Positions 1 through 10,198 of a DNA stretch of 64,000 nucleotides are shown here, one piece after another. Numbering within the stretch: position 1 is the stretch's first letter; every line of letters starts with the position of its first letter. Below the pieces are notes generated by a model. That model had not been told where the DNA came from, ran no database searches, and worked only from the letters and a program-made list of their open reading frames with translations. Both the position numbers and the translations under genes were made by a program. The stretch spans positions 2,452,691 to 2,516,690 of the forward strand of contig CBDCTJ010000007.1 of the NCBI GenBank assembly GCA_965222115.1, given 5' to 3'. This DNA comes from Planctomycetota bacterium. GTDB lineage: Bacteria; Planctomycetota; PLA2; JAEUHO01.

Positions 1-124
1 TATTTTCTTTGCCGGGCACCAAGCCAAAGTCCAATCCACATCGTTTTGACATATCTCAGCGTTCCAACGAAGTCCCTTGTCGGGACGCTCCGTGACTCGG
101 ATCAGGTAGAGATCCGCATTTTTG

Positions 125-475
125 TCACGACTCCAACGCATTGACAAACGCGATAAACAATGCGACCGACGCAAACAAGCCGAAGATACCAATGCCAAAT
201 GCCACGCGCCGCGATAGCCATCTTGACGTGCTGCTCCCCGACAAAACATAGAGTAGTCCGCTCGCTGCGAACATAAAGAGGCAGATATACGCGAGCGTCC
301 GAATGAGCCTCGTGTCGGGCCTTGGGCCCCAGCTGCCCATATTGCTCATGCCTTGGGCCCAAAGGAAGGCGGTGACGCCAAACAACGCCATCAATAGGGG
401 CACTGTAATGATTGCGACGCCGATCCACGCGCGATTGCGTCGCTTCTTCCTGGAGATTCGATTGGAACGAGACAC
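125..475 (-). CDS. small integral membrane protein, unknown function
   Basis: 116-aa ORF abutting the stop of the 478..2934 gene on the same strand; three hydrophobic segments (IGVAIITVPLLMALFGVTAFLWA, LAYICLFMFAASGLLYVL, FGIGIFGLFASVALFIAFV); no recognisable family. Confidence 0.4.
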   Translation of the reverse strand: MSRSNRISRKKRRNRAWIGVAIITVPLLMALFGVTAFLWAQGMSNMGSWGPRPDTRLIRTLAYICLFMFAASGLLYVLSGSSTSRWLSRRVAFGIGIFGLFASVALFIAFVNALES

Positions 476-477
476 CG

Positions 478-2934
478 TTAGTCGTCCGATTGCTCTGTAA
501 GTGCTATTTCCACATGTTCACCGGGGCGTCCGTTGGCACTTCCTTCGAAGGGCTTGCCCTTAATCTCACAGTAGATGGATATGGGCCATGTTCCGGGCGG
601 TATGTCGAGTATCTCGAATGACCGCTTTGATGTGTTCCACTTAACTCGAAAGGAGACTTCCGCTTCATACTCGCTGAAGTTTGGTCCCAGCGGTCCACCA
701 GGGAGAGATACGAAATGCTCCTCAATATCGGCCAATGAATGGCCATCCGGCGCAATCAACTGCCCGCGAATGGAGTTCGCCAGATGGGTGTCAATGTGAA
801 CCATGTCTGTACTCGGCGTGATGCCTAGCTTGTATCCGCCGCGCCCGCCTGAAAGTCGAAGGACGCACACATTGAACTTCCCGGTGGGGGACACCTCATT
901 GAATGTGGCTACGCCATCCCGATTGATGGGCGCACGTCGAAAGATGGAGAAGCTTCCCACCTGCTGCAGGTATGCCATCTTTCCCCGATCATCCACATTC
1001 CAAGGGTGAAACCGGACGTTGAGTTCGATGGGCAATGCGCCTCGATCCAGCATCAGAGTTACGTTTTTTGCGCCTGCGTCGGCCTTAGCACCTTTTCGGA
1101 CACCGTCCGCCGAGAGCGTGTATTGCCCTTTGCGAAGTCCGACTAATACGAATCGGCCATCGCTGTCGGTACGCGTACCCGGATAACTCACGGTGTAGCC
1201 ATCACTAAGCGACGCCTCCGAATCCCGAGTCGGTACGGTGCCTCCATAGGGCATGCCGTTCCCGATACCCCTAACCCAGATTCCCTTCACCGGCTTGCCA
1301 TCCCTGTCAATTATGCGTCCTGAAATCTGATGGGCGAGGGGCAAGACGAATCGATTTTCGCCGCGATTCCACACTTCCTGAAACACGGGCAACACATCCT
1401 TTCGTCGTGGCGGGGGCTGTATGTCAATGCGGTAGTCCCTATCCGGTAGTAGGCCCCGAAGCTCGGCGACGCCCTCCTCATTTGTCGTGGCTTCACTCTG
1501 TACGTCGGTGCTTCCGCGCGGGAACGTCGCGAAGACTCTAGCGCCTGCGATCGCAATCCCTTGTTCATCTATCACGGTGACCGAGTGCTCTTCGCCTCGC
1601 CTTAGTTCGATGATGAGCTTCTCTTGCCCCGGTGTTGCCCGCAACGAATCGATGCGGCAAAAGGGGCCTGGCGCACCAGATACATCAACTACGTAGGGCG
1701 TGTTGGCAAGACCCTCGAACCGAAACTGCCCCGTGCTATCACTCACACACTCGTGCGAACTGTAGCGCTTCAGTTTTGATGGCTTCCATGCAAGTAACTT
1801 CTCCTCGATTTCGGGAAACGGCATTAGTGCGCGAACCTTGACACCCGGTATGGGGTCGCCGTCAATGGTCTGAACGACGCCGACCAGTTCACATTGTTTC
1901 TTGCGCTGAATCACGGCTTGTGCCAATGGAAATGGGCCGGCAATCTGCTCACCCAGCCCACGCTCCGGGTCGGCGTGTAGGAAGACGAAGTACTTCGCAC
2001 CGGCTACATGCTCGATTCGAGTTGGCGTATTGAACGGGGAGACTCCAAACCATGCGGAACTTGAGTGATGGCTCGACAGAGAGATCAGCGACCCCGAAGA
2101 CGCGACAAGCTGACCGTCTATATCCAGCGTTTGGATCCGAAACACGACCTTGTCCCCAGGTCGCGCGCGCATCATCTGGACGGCAACGTCTTGAGTGCCC
2201 GCTTCTGCCGAAACGTGCCCAGACCAAGCGCCTTCCTTTGACGAACCTAGAACAACAAACGACTTCTTTCCTGACTCTAGCGCGTAAATCGAAAATCTCC
2301 CATCCCCATTCACGTCAAAGTCGGGCCTTGGAACACCTTGCGCTTCTGGCTCTATGAGAATGTCACTCGCATGCAGTCCGGGGGGTAAATCAATGTGACC
2401 ATGAATCGTCAGTCCCGGGGAGAGCGCAACACGAAGCTCGAACTGACCCGGCGAGAGCTTTCTTGGCGTACCTGTATCCCTCTTCGCGATGTAGCGACGT
2501 GCATTGACGAAGAATGAGTCCACACTCGCCCTAACATTGCTAACTCGAAATCGACCCAAAGCGTCCGTCTGGCCCGTGGAGATCCGATAGATAGACTCTC
2601 TCTTAGCGATGCCAACCGATACATGCTGACTGCTGATGGGCGACTTATTGTCCTCGTCTACGAGATATATCGTAACGGTATCCCGGTCGTCACTCGTGGC
2701 GGCCTCTTGCTTCGGCGCGGGTATGGCTTGGCGATTCGATCCGCGAAGCGCCGCTCCCCCGACTTCGACGCGTCTTGTCTTTGTAGTCCTTGATTCGCTA
2801 TTGCGATCTTTGACAGGCGTCGATTCTCCACTTCGACGGTGTCCCGTTGCAAGCACCATCACTCCGATGGTCAACGCAAGTCCAACAACACCGATTACGA
2901 GCAGTCCGTTGCGATTCGTTCCATGTCTATTCAC
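478..2934 (-). CDS. large membrane-anchored protein with repeated carboxypeptidase-regulatory-like (CarboxypepD_reg) beta-sandwich domains
   Basis: 818-aa ORF; N-terminal TM/signal anchor LLVIGVVGLALTIGVMVLA; recurring units of the type TDALGRFRVSNV, GDGRFSIYALESGKK, STGQFRFEGL, SDGRFVLVGLRKGQYTLSA; same repeat architecture as the C-terminal part of the divergent 3727..7062 gene. Confidence 0.55.
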   Translation of the reverse strand: MNRHGTNRNGLLVIGVVGLALTIGVMVLATGHRRSGESTPVKDRNSESRTTKTRRVEVGGAALRGSNRQAIPAPKQEAATSDDRDTVTIYLVDEDNKSPISSQHVSVGIAKRESIYRISTGQTDALGRFRVSNVRASVDSFFVNARRYIAKRDTGTPRKLSPGQFELRVALSPGLTIHGHIDLPPGLHASDILIEPEAQGVPRPDFDVNGDGRFSIYALESGKKSFVVLGSSKEGAWSGHVSAEAGTQDVAVQMMRARPGDKVVFRIQTLDIDGQLVASSGSLISLSSHHSSSAWFGVSPFNTPTRIEHVAGAKYFVFLHADPERGLGEQIAGPFPLAQAVIQRKKQCELVGVVQTIDGDPIPGVKVRALMPFPEIEEKLLAWKPSKLKRYSSHECVSDSTGQFRFEGLANTPYVVDVSGAPGPFCRIDSLRATPGQEKLIIELRRGEEHSVTVIDEQGIAIAGARVFATFPRGSTDVQSEATTNEEGVAELRGLLPDRDYRIDIQPPPRRKDVLPVFQEVWNRGENRFVLPLAHQISGRIIDRDGKPVKGIWVRGIGNGMPYGGTVPTRDSEASLSDGYTVSYPGTRTDSDGRFVLVGLRKGQYTLSADGVRKGAKADAGAKNVTLMLDRGALPIELNVRFHPWNVDDRGKMAYLQQVGSFSIFRRAPINRDGVATFNEVSPTGKFNVCVLRLSGGRGGYKLGITPSTDMVHIDTHLANSIRGQLIAPDGHSLADIEEHFVSLPGGPLGPNFSEYEAEVSFRVKWNTSKRSFEILDIPPGTWPISIYCEIKGKPFEGSANGRPGEHVEIALTEQSDD

Positions 2935-3395
2935 GGTCAGAACAGTAACACGTGCTCATGTTGTGGGCATTGAATTCTGGACGATACAGTGTCGAGACAA
3001 TCCACACCTTACCTTTAATGTGAGCCGCGATTCTTTCCAACGCATTGAAGATCATTGTCCCATGCTCCATATTGCCTATCCATTTGGCGAACAACTACGT
3101 CATGGGGCAGGTTTGAAACGCTTGTTCTTGTTTGTCGAAATGCGTGAAATTTGCCCGTACACCGTATCTTTACGAGCGTTCGACTTGGATGGGTATTCAC
3201 ATCGTCAATGCGATGCACGAACGACTGATCGCGCATATGTGCGCGCGCTGGCATGGCGGTGTCGAGCGTTTCACCGTTCTCACTAAGCACGAGAGCGATG
3301 GAAAAGCGATTGTAGGGGACGCCGCTCATCGACAACGTCTGAGTAGCGGCACCGTTTTCTGACGCCGAAAGCGTCTTGTGAACCAAAAACCGATC

Positions 3396-3533
3396 TTACG
3401 TCGTTGATGGATCCCCATTCTCATCGGCATAGGCGTCGAGCCGCACGCCGCCTCCTCCACCGCCACAGGCGGTGAGTGAGAGCGCAGCGAGCAATACAGG
3501 TAGATAGCAAAGCAGGTTATTTGAGGGATACAT
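3396..3533 (-). CDS. possible small lipoprotein or lipoprotein gene fragment (45 aa)
   Basis: Hand-translated ORF not in the supplied track (<60 aa): MYPSNNLLCYLPVLLAALSLTACGGGGGGVRLDAYADENGDPSTT; signal peptide plus lipobox LTAC followed by a Gly run; lies in the divergent intergenic region. Could be a chance ORF. Confidence 0.2.
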   Translation of the reverse strand: MYPSNNLLCYLPVLLAALSLTACGGGGGGVRLDAYADENGDPSTT

Positions 3534-3726
3534 TGCAGGTCTCCTTGACCCCATCCCCCGGGGTCAGGAGCTACATAGGATTTGCCCGCTGCGGATGGCG
3601 CGAAACTCGGCGAAATTCTTCCGCGCGTCAGCCCTGTCCCCATTTTTAGCGGCTTCGAGTTGCTCCGACCCGCGAAATCCGAAATTTTCCGTACGATGCC
3701 GACCGAAACACGTCTGTACGGGTGTC

Positions 3727-6700
3727 ATGTCAATGGATGCCGAACTACTTGAGCGCTACCGCACGCAGGGGGATCGCGATGCGTTGAACGAACTCTTGGG
3801 GCGTCACTATCCCCACGTGTATCAAGTGGCATTGCGGCTTGTGCACAACGAGTTCGACGCGCGCGATGTTGCGCAGTCCGTGTTCCTCAAGGCGATTCGA
3901 AGTGTTCATCAGGTTCGTAATCCCCGCGCGTTTCGTTCGTGGTTACTCAAGATCACGGTGAATGAGGTGCGTGGGGGGTGGCGCAAGCAGCAACGCGCAC
4001 CGCATCTGGAACAGTTGTTCGGCGAGATCGTGAGGACACAACCCGCCACACAGTCCAAGCAAGCAAGTCGTCGTGAATTCGAGTTGGCGCTTGAGAATAC
4101 TCTCGAATCAATGCCCCCTGAGCTCAAGGCACCTCTTGTGCTGCGCTATTACCAGGCGCTCTCTTTGTCGGAAATCGCGGAGATCTTGGAACTTCCTAAG
4201 TCCACCGCTCAGTTTCGTCTTCAGCGAGGCGTAAGGCGCCTTAGGCGCCGATTCGGTCGTAAACGACTTTCGCTCATGGCGCCATACCTGTCCGAGATAT
4301 CGATTCCTGGAACCGCTTCGGCACTCGTCACGGTGGGAGGGCTTTTCTGTATGAAAACAATCATGATTGGCGTTGGAGCCGTCGCCGTGATCCTTGGCGT
4401 CCTTCTCTTCCTGCTTAAAGCCGAGCCGCCTTCGTTTTACGCGCCATCAACGGCCAAAGGCGAAACCGATTCCCACGAATCGGACGAGGATCGTGACTCT
4501 CCACCAAAGCTAACCGCGAGCACAACGTCGGAGACTACCAGTCAGGAATCGAGTGAGACGATTGCTGACGTCGTTACTACAACGGGCCCTGGTGTGATTG
4601 GAGGCGTGGTCTTGGCGGAGGCTAGGGGACATCCCGTTTCGCACGCGCGTGTGGTGGTTCGATACGCACGCCACCACCGCAACAACTGGGTTACTGACGA
4701 TCACCCCAACGCTTGTGCCAATGTGTACTCAACCGACCGCAACGGTGAGTTTCGATGCCACGAGCTTCCTGTCGACCGCGTTTACGACCTACATGTGTCG
4801 CATCCAGACTTTGGTTATGTCGAACGTTGTGGCGTCACATTGAGCGTGTCGAGTCAACACGTCAATATGGGTGTTGTGGAGTTGCCCGAGCAGCGTGCAC
4901 TTCGTGGCATTGTTCGAGATGTGAACGGCACACCCGTCGCCGGCGTGAACATCTATGCAGGTGACTACGATCGAGCACTGCCCATGCTCTCGCCCACGCT
5001 CTCGTCAACGCTTCGACGGGGCGTGACGACGACAAGTGACCGACACGGGAAGTTCACCCTGCACGGGCTTGCGCCGGGATTCCATCGATTGCTCGCCATG
5101 CATCCGGGGTACGCAAGCACGGTTCGATCGAAGGTTTTCGTGCCACGCACCGCCAAGCCAGCGCACATAGATGTCACACTGAACGCTGTGAACGTTACAT
5201 CGGGCCTGGTATTGGACGAGCAAAAGCACCCCATCGCAAACGCCCTGATCATCGTGAACATCGATGAATTTTTTGAGCGAGGCTCGCGCGGATTTTCGTA
5301 TCGACATCACTGGTCGCGCATTCAGTCGGACGAACGAGGCATATGGCGCGTGACTGATTTCCCCGCCGATGGGCCCTATACCGTGTCGATTCGGATCGAG
5401 AAAGAGGGATATCAACCGAAGGATGTTGAGTACATTGGGCTGGGCTCCAAGTTAATGCCGGTTACCCTCACATCGAGTGATACGAAATTGGGCACCGTTG
5501 TGTCCGGAACCATTGTAGACGATCGAGGCGCACTTGTCGATGCGTCCAACGGCCAAGTGTGGCTTGTTTCCGTAGATAAACCGCGTATCGCGGGCACGTT
5601 TGATTCACTCACAAGTCAATATTCGTTCGAGGGCATAGCGCCGGGTCTCTATTCGATTCATGCGGATCTCTTGGGCTATCGGCGTGGCATCAAGAGTGAC
5701 GTGCGCGTGGCGTCCAGCCCGCTACCTGACATCCGCGTCTCGGTGTTGCGTGGACTCACATTGAATGGTCGAATACTCGATGCCAAGACCGATGAGCCCA
5801 TTCCCGGTGCACAGCTAATCTACCGTGGATTTACGATACACGCCGACACCATGGGTGCCTACGAACTCGGGGGACTGTCGAGCGGACGAACTACAGTCGG
5901 TGCAATCGGGCTGCGCGCTGCCGGTTACTTCGATGCATCGCCGTCATACTTCGCACCAAAGGACGCGCGTCATCACACACTTGACTTCAAGATGATTCCG
6001 GTAGACGAGGGCATCACAGTTCTCGGCAAGATAGTGGATGCATTTGGCAAGCCGATCGCGGGTGCCCACGTGCGCTACAAGACGGTCGACGGTGTGGTTC
6101 GTTCAGTTTCTGCATTTTCGAAGCGTGATGGATCGTTCGAGTTCCCGCCTCAAAAGGCCGATGCTCTCGAATCGACAGTCACGTTGATGGTGACCCACTC
6201 GCGATTTGCACCGTTGGAAGTTGGCGTGCCGAAGGCGGAAGCGCACCTACCGAACACGGTAGTGCTCAATCCAGGCAGATCGGTTGCGGGCACGGTCAAG
6301 GACTCAAGGGGCAAGCGTGTCTCTCACGCGCATGTAACCGCCGTGATCGGTCGAGTGCCCACGCGCCTCAAGGAAGGTGCGTTCGATGATCGCGAGGTGG
6401 CCAGCGCCCGTGAGATTGGGAGCGTCCTAGCCGACGCACGCGGAGACTTCGTAATTGAGCATCTGCCTAGCGAGGCCCTCACCCTGTTGGTCACCGGCAC
6501 CCGTGTGCGTTATACGATGGGGAAGGACCATATCGGACATGTGATTGCCAAGGGTGCCTCCGATGTCGTCGGTGTCTCGGTTCCGATTGAGCGCGAGCAG
6601 ATTGCGGAAGGCGTTGTGGTCTATGGCGATGGAACCCCTGCCCATGACGTGTCCTTACGTGCGTCGTCTACATTTGCGTGGACGCCCGTCCGGGAGGACG

Positions 6701-7062
6701 GGTCCTTTCGCATCGATGGCATCTACGGGCGCGGCGCTCAGCTCAAACTGAACGGAGTTACTGTTCGCCCGCGCGTCGCGCCCATCGAAGTCGCCGATCA
6801 GCCCATGCGCATAGTCGTGGATCGCTGCGGAATCGTTCATGGAACTGTGGGACTATCGGATCGCATACGTGCCGGTGCCGACGTTGTGATCGAGCGTTCC
6901 GATGGTGTGCATGAGCGAGCACCCTTGCAACGAACGGGCGCGTTTCGGTTCACGCGTGTGTTGCCGGGCGACTACGTCCTGCGCCTGGGCCAAATCGAAC
7001 TCGCCGTCAAGGTCAAGGCCGGCGAAACGACCGATCTGGGCGCACTGCGCGTCGAGAAATAG
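3727..7062 (+). CDS. ECF (sigma-70 family) sigma factor fused to a transmembrane segment and a large extracytoplasmic CarboxypepD_reg-repeat domain
   Basis: N-terminal ~190 aa carry sigma-70 region 2 (HVYQVALRLVHNEFDARDVAQSVFLKAIRS, RAFRSWLLKITVNEV) and region 4 (LPPELKAPLVLRYYQALSLSEIAEILELPKSTAQFRLQRGVRRLRRRF); hydrophobic helix LVTVGGLFCMKTIMIGVGAVAVILGVLLFLL; then ~850 aa with at least six units such as GIVRDVNGTPVAGVNIYAG...SDRHGKFTLHGLAPGFHRL and GKIVDAFGKPIAGAHVRYK...SKRDGSFEFP. Start placed at ATG 3727 (MSMDAELLERY); the track ORF opens at 3595. Confidence 0.7.
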   Translation: MSMDAELLERYRTQGDRDALNELLGRHYPHVYQVALRLVHNEFDARDVAQSVFLKAIRSVHQVRNPRAFRSWLLKITVNEVRGGWRKQQRAPHLEQLFGEIVRTQPATQSKQASRREFELALENTLESMPPELKAPLVLRYYQALSLSEIAEILELPKSTAQFRLQRGVRRLRRRFGRKRLSLMAPYLSEISIPGTASALVTVGGLFCMKTIMIGVGAVAVILGVLLFLLKAEPPSFYAPSTAKGETDSHESDEDRDSPPKLTASTTSETTSQESSETIADVVTTTGPGVIGGVVLAEARGHPVSHARVVVRYARHHRNNWVTDDHPNACANVYSTDRNGEFRCHELPVDRVYDLHVSHPDFGYVERCGVTLSVSSQHVNMGVVELPEQRALRGIVRDVNGTPVAGVNIYAGDYDRALPMLSPTLSSTLRRGVTTTSDRHGKFTLHGLAPGFHRLLAMHPGYASTVRSKVFVPRTAKPAHIDVTLNAVNVTSGLVLDEQKHPIANALIIVNIDEFFERGSRGFSYRHHWSRIQSDERGIWRVTDFPADGPYTVSIRIEKEGYQPKDVEYIGLGSKLMPVTLTSSDTKLGTVVSGTIVDDRGALVDASNGQVWLVSVDKPRIAGTFDSLTSQYSFEGIAPGLYSIHADLLGYRRGIKSDVRVASSPLPDIRVSVLRGLTLNGRILDAKTDEPIPGAQLIYRGFTIHADTMGAYELGGLSSGRTTVGAIGLRAAGYFDASPSYFAPKDARHHTLDFKMIPVDEGITVLGKIVDAFGKPIAGAHVRYKTVDGVVRSVSAFSKRDGSFEFPPQKADALESTVTLMVTHSRFAPLEVGVPKAEAHLPNTVVLNPGRSVAGTVKDSRGKRVSHAHVTAVIGRVPTRLKEGAFDDREVASAREIGSVLADARGDFVIEHLPSEALTLLVTGTRVRYTMGKDHIGHVIAKGASDVVGVSVPIEREQIAEGVVVYGDGTPAHDVSLRASSTFAWTPVREDGSFRIDGIYGRGAQLKLNGVTVRPRVAPIEVADQPMRIVVDRCGIVHGTVGLSDRIRAGADVVIERSDGVHERAPLQRTGAFRFTRVLPGDYVLRLGQIELAVKVKAGETTDLGALRVEK

Positions 7063-7182
7063 CCAGCTGGCGGCTTTGAGACCAGGGCGTATCCGGTTCA
7101 TTTGCTTCGTGCACCAACGTAGGGACTAAGTGTGTAAGGGCTTCGCCCATTCGAGCGATTTTCTGCGCTCTGTCGTAGTCTT

Positions 7183-8859
7183 TTGGCGATGGAGCCCGAA
7201 GACGTCCGCTACCTCGCTGCTTTTGACAGCTTCCGCTTACCGCAACACCTCACCGACGTATTGGTGATCGGCACGGGCGTGGCGGGCTACTCAGCGGCGC
7301 TTTGGGCCGCACGTGGCGGCGCGCGCGTCATGGTGTTGGCCAAAGGCGAGCCGGGCGAAAGCAATACCGCCTACGCGCAGGGAGGCATCGCGGCGGTGCT
7401 CGCCGATGCCAAGAGCCGCAGTGATTCTCCCGAGGCTCATGCCGCCGACACAATACGCGTAGGGCACGGCCTGTGCGACGCTACGGTTGTCGAACGCGTC
7501 GCGCGCGAAGCGGCGGATCGCGTCGCGCTGCTTCAGGAACTCGGTGCGGCGTTTGACCTCAATGAAAAGGGCGTGTTGGCACGCGGACTCGAAGGTGGAC
7601 ATAGTCGGCCACGTATTCTTCATGCGCGCGGTGATGCAACCGGCGCCGAGATTCGCGATGTGTTGGCCAATGCCGTGACGTCCCACAAGAATGTAACGCG
7701 CTGGGGCGGTGCATTTGTTGTCGATCTTTTGAGCGACGACGACGGGCGCTGTCGCGGTGCGCTTGTGTTGTCGCGCGGGCATTTGCGTTGCGTTTGGGCG
7801 AGTACGGTCGTTTTAGCAGCGGGTGGCTACGGCCAGATCTATCAAGAGACGAGTAATTATCCCGGTGCATGTGGCGATGGGGTTGCGGCCGCGTTCCGTG
7901 CTGGCTGTGCAGTGCGTGATATGGAGTTCATTCAGTTTCATCCCACCACGCTCTATCTCGCGGGTGTACCGCGTATGCTGATCACCGAAGCGGTTCGCGG
8001 TGAAGGTGCACACATCGTGGATGGTAATGGGGAACGATTCCTAAAAGACGTTCACGAGCAGGCCGAACTTGCCCCGCGCGATGTGCTTTCGCGATCCATT
8101 CTCACTCGCTTGGCGAATCCGGAACATGGCGGGGTGTTTCTCGATCTGCGCCATTTGGATACTGAGAAGATGACGAAGCGCTTTCCGGGTGTGGCACGTT
8201 CGTGTGCGGCGCATGGATTGGATATTGGCGAGCATCGCATTCCCATTCGACCTGCCGCGCACTACACGATTGGCGGTGTGATTGCCGACATTGAGGGGCG
8301 AACGGCAATTCCTGGCCTCCTGGCGTGTGGTGAAGTGTCGTCAACGGGATTGCATGGCGCCAATCGACTCGCTAGCAACTCACTCTTAGAGGGCCTCGTT
8401 GCAGGGCGTCATGCGGGGGAACACGCGGTTCGCGATACGCGCGGAAAGAACGTTCGACCCGTAAAGATTCGAAGCGATGTCGAGCGACCGCGCGAAGGGC
8501 GTATCGATGTGCGCGACCTGCGGATTTCGCTCAAGGCGCTCACATGGCGTGATGTTGGAATTGTTCGAAATGGCGCCGAATTGATGGGGGCAGAAGGCGC
8601 CATCACTGCGTGGGAACGATTCGCGCACCGGGTGGGGAGCGAGGAAGACACGCGTCGCCTGACGCTACTCAATATGCTCTGTGTGGCGCGCCTGGCGAGC
8701 AAAGCGGCCCACATGCGCGAAGAAAGTCGTGGCACACACTTCCGTCTGGATTACAAGAAGCGGGACGACAAGGCGTGGCTTGGACATATCGTTCACGTGC
8801 GCGGCGAAGGAACACGATTTGAACGAATGCAGTCAGCAGACGACGGAAGCCGTGCATGA
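7183..8859 (+). CDS. nadB: L-aspartate oxidase
   Basis: FAD-binding N-terminus DVLVIGTGVAGYSAALWAARGG; SHRPRILHARGDATGAEI, GDGVAAAFRAGCAVRDMEFIQFHPTTLY, LITEAVRGEGAHIVD...ELAPRDVLSRSI, PIRPAAHYTIGGV and GLHGANRLASNSLLEGLV match recalled E. coli NadB motifs closely. Confidence 0.9.
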   Translation: MAMEPEDVRYLAAFDSFRLPQHLTDVLVIGTGVAGYSAALWAARGGARVMVLAKGEPGESNTAYAQGGIAAVLADAKSRSDSPEAHAADTIRVGHGLCDATVVERVAREAADRVALLQELGAAFDLNEKGVLARGLEGGHSRPRILHARGDATGAEIRDVLANAVTSHKNVTRWGGAFVVDLLSDDDGRCRGALVLSRGHLRCVWASTVVLAAGGYGQIYQETSNYPGACGDGVAAAFRAGCAVRDMEFIQFHPTTLYLAGVPRMLITEAVRGEGAHIVDGNGERFLKDVHEQAELAPRDVLSRSILTRLANPEHGGVFLDLRHLDTEKMTKRFPGVARSCAAHGLDIGEHRIPIRPAAHYTIGGVIADIEGRTAIPGLLACGEVSSTGLHGANRLASNSLLEGLVAGRHAGEHAVRDTRGKNVRPVKIRSDVERPREGRIDVRDLRISLKALTWRDVGIVRNGAELMGAEGAITAWERFAHRVGSEEDTRRLTLLNMLCVARLASKAAHMREESRGTHFRLDYKKRDDKAWLGHIVHVRGEGTRFERMQSADDGSRA

Positions 8860-10184
8860 AAATTGATCGCGGACCCAAGGTTCGGCGCGGTGGGGGAGAT
8901 CGCGAGAAAGCGATCCTCGTGGGACTCAAGTTGCCAGGCGATCCTGTGTCGTATCAAAAGCCCCTTGATGAACTCGAACGACTGGCCGATACTGCCGGCG
9001 CCGACACCGTAGACAAAATTGTGCAGTCGCGTGACCGTCCCGATGCCAAGACCTATATTGGGAAGGGCAAAGCCGAGGAAATCGGTGAGTTGCTGGTCGC
9101 CACGGGCGCAGATCTCGTGATCGTCGATCACGACTTGAGTCCGTCGCAGGCACGCAACCTTGAGAAGGTCATCAAAGGACGCGTGATTGACCGCACCGAG
9201 TTGATTTTGGACATTTTCGTGCGTCGTGCGAGTAGTGCGATGGCCAAGGCGCAAGTTGAGTTGGCGCAGATGCAATACAGTTTGCCTCGCCTAAAGCGCT
9301 TGTGGACGCACCTCAATCGGGAGGTGGCAGGCGGACGCGTAGGGATTGGTGTTCGTGGGCCGGGTGAAAAGCAGATTGAGACTGACCGGCGCCTCGTGCG
9401 GAGGCGAATTCGAGACCTGCAACGTGGACTGAAGGAGATGCAAAAGCATCGCGTGCTCCAAACCAAAGCACGCGACAAGTTCTTTACGATCTGTTTGGTG
9501 GGTTACACCAACGCGGGTAAGAGCACCCTGTTGCGTGCATTGACCGGCGCCGACGTGTTCATTCAAGATCGGCTGTTTGCAACGCTCGATACCACCACGC
9601 GGGCCTGGGAAATTGCACCGGGCCGCAAGGTATTCTTGTCGGACACGATTGGTTTCATCCGCGATCTGCCCCACCATCTCGTGAGTAGTTTCCTGGCAAC
9701 GCTCGAAGAAGCGCGGCGCGCGGATCTCCTTTTGCACGTGGTGGATGTCGCCGATCCGGATGCACTGGAACACGTCGATGTCGTTCAAGAGGCGCTGTAT
9801 TCGATTGGTGCCAGTGCGGTGCCGCGCATTACGGTGCTCAACAAGATCGATCGTCAGCGTGATCCCGTAACGCTAAGGTTGCTCGAGGAGCAACGCGCGT
9901 CGTGCGTGCGCACCAGCGCACAAACGGGCCGCGGCATAGACGAGCTACGAGACGCGGTGTATGGCTACGTCACGCGACACCACGTCAACCTCACCCTTTC
10001 GGTCTCCGCAGGCCGGGGCAAGTTGCTCACGCAAATACGGGAGTGGGCCGAAGTTGACGCCATTCGCTATGACGGCGACGACGCCATCCTCGACGTCCGC
10101 ATCGACCGTCCCCATGCCCGCCGCCTCCAGGAGATGGGCGTCCGCGTCCTTGAAGGTGCGGAGCAAATCGCCCTCTCCGAGTAG
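8856..10184 (+). CDS. hflX: GTPase HflX
   Basis: HflX N-domain (ELERLADTAGADTV...) followed by G-domain with P-loop GYTNAGKSTLLRALTG and DTIGFIRDLPHHLV; start overlaps nadB stop (ATGA). Confidence 0.9.
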   Translation: MKIDRGPKVRRGGGDREKAILVGLKLPGDPVSYQKPLDELERLADTAGADTVDKIVQSRDRPDAKTYIGKGKAEEIGELLVATGADLVIVDHDLSPSQARNLEKVIKGRVIDRTELILDIFVRRASSAMAKAQVELAQMQYSLPRLKRLWTHLNREVAGGRVGIGVRGPGEKQIETDRRLVRRRIRDLQRGLKEMQKHRVLQTKARDKFFTICLVGYTNAGKSTLLRALTGADVFIQDRLFATLDTTTRAWEIAPGRKVFLSDTIGFIRDLPHHLVSSFLATLEEARRADLLLHVVDVADPDALEHVDVVQEALYSIGASAVPRITVLNKIDRQRDPVTLRLLEEQRASCVRTSAQTGRGIDELRDAVYGYVTRHHVNLTLSVSAGRGKLLTQIREWAEVDAIRYDGDDAILDVRIDRPHARRLQEMGVRVLEGAEQIALSE

Positions 10185-10198
10185 TCGGCCAACTCTCA

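Noticed and set aside
1-124. Possible partial gene at the window start
   Set aside because: No ORF of meaningful length with recognisable features; too short to call.
3540-3726. ECF-type promoter upstream of the fused sigma gene (GAAAC ... CGTC)
   Set aside because: Candidate -35/-10 elements have spacers of 19 nt or more rather than 16-17; not convincing without transcription-start data.
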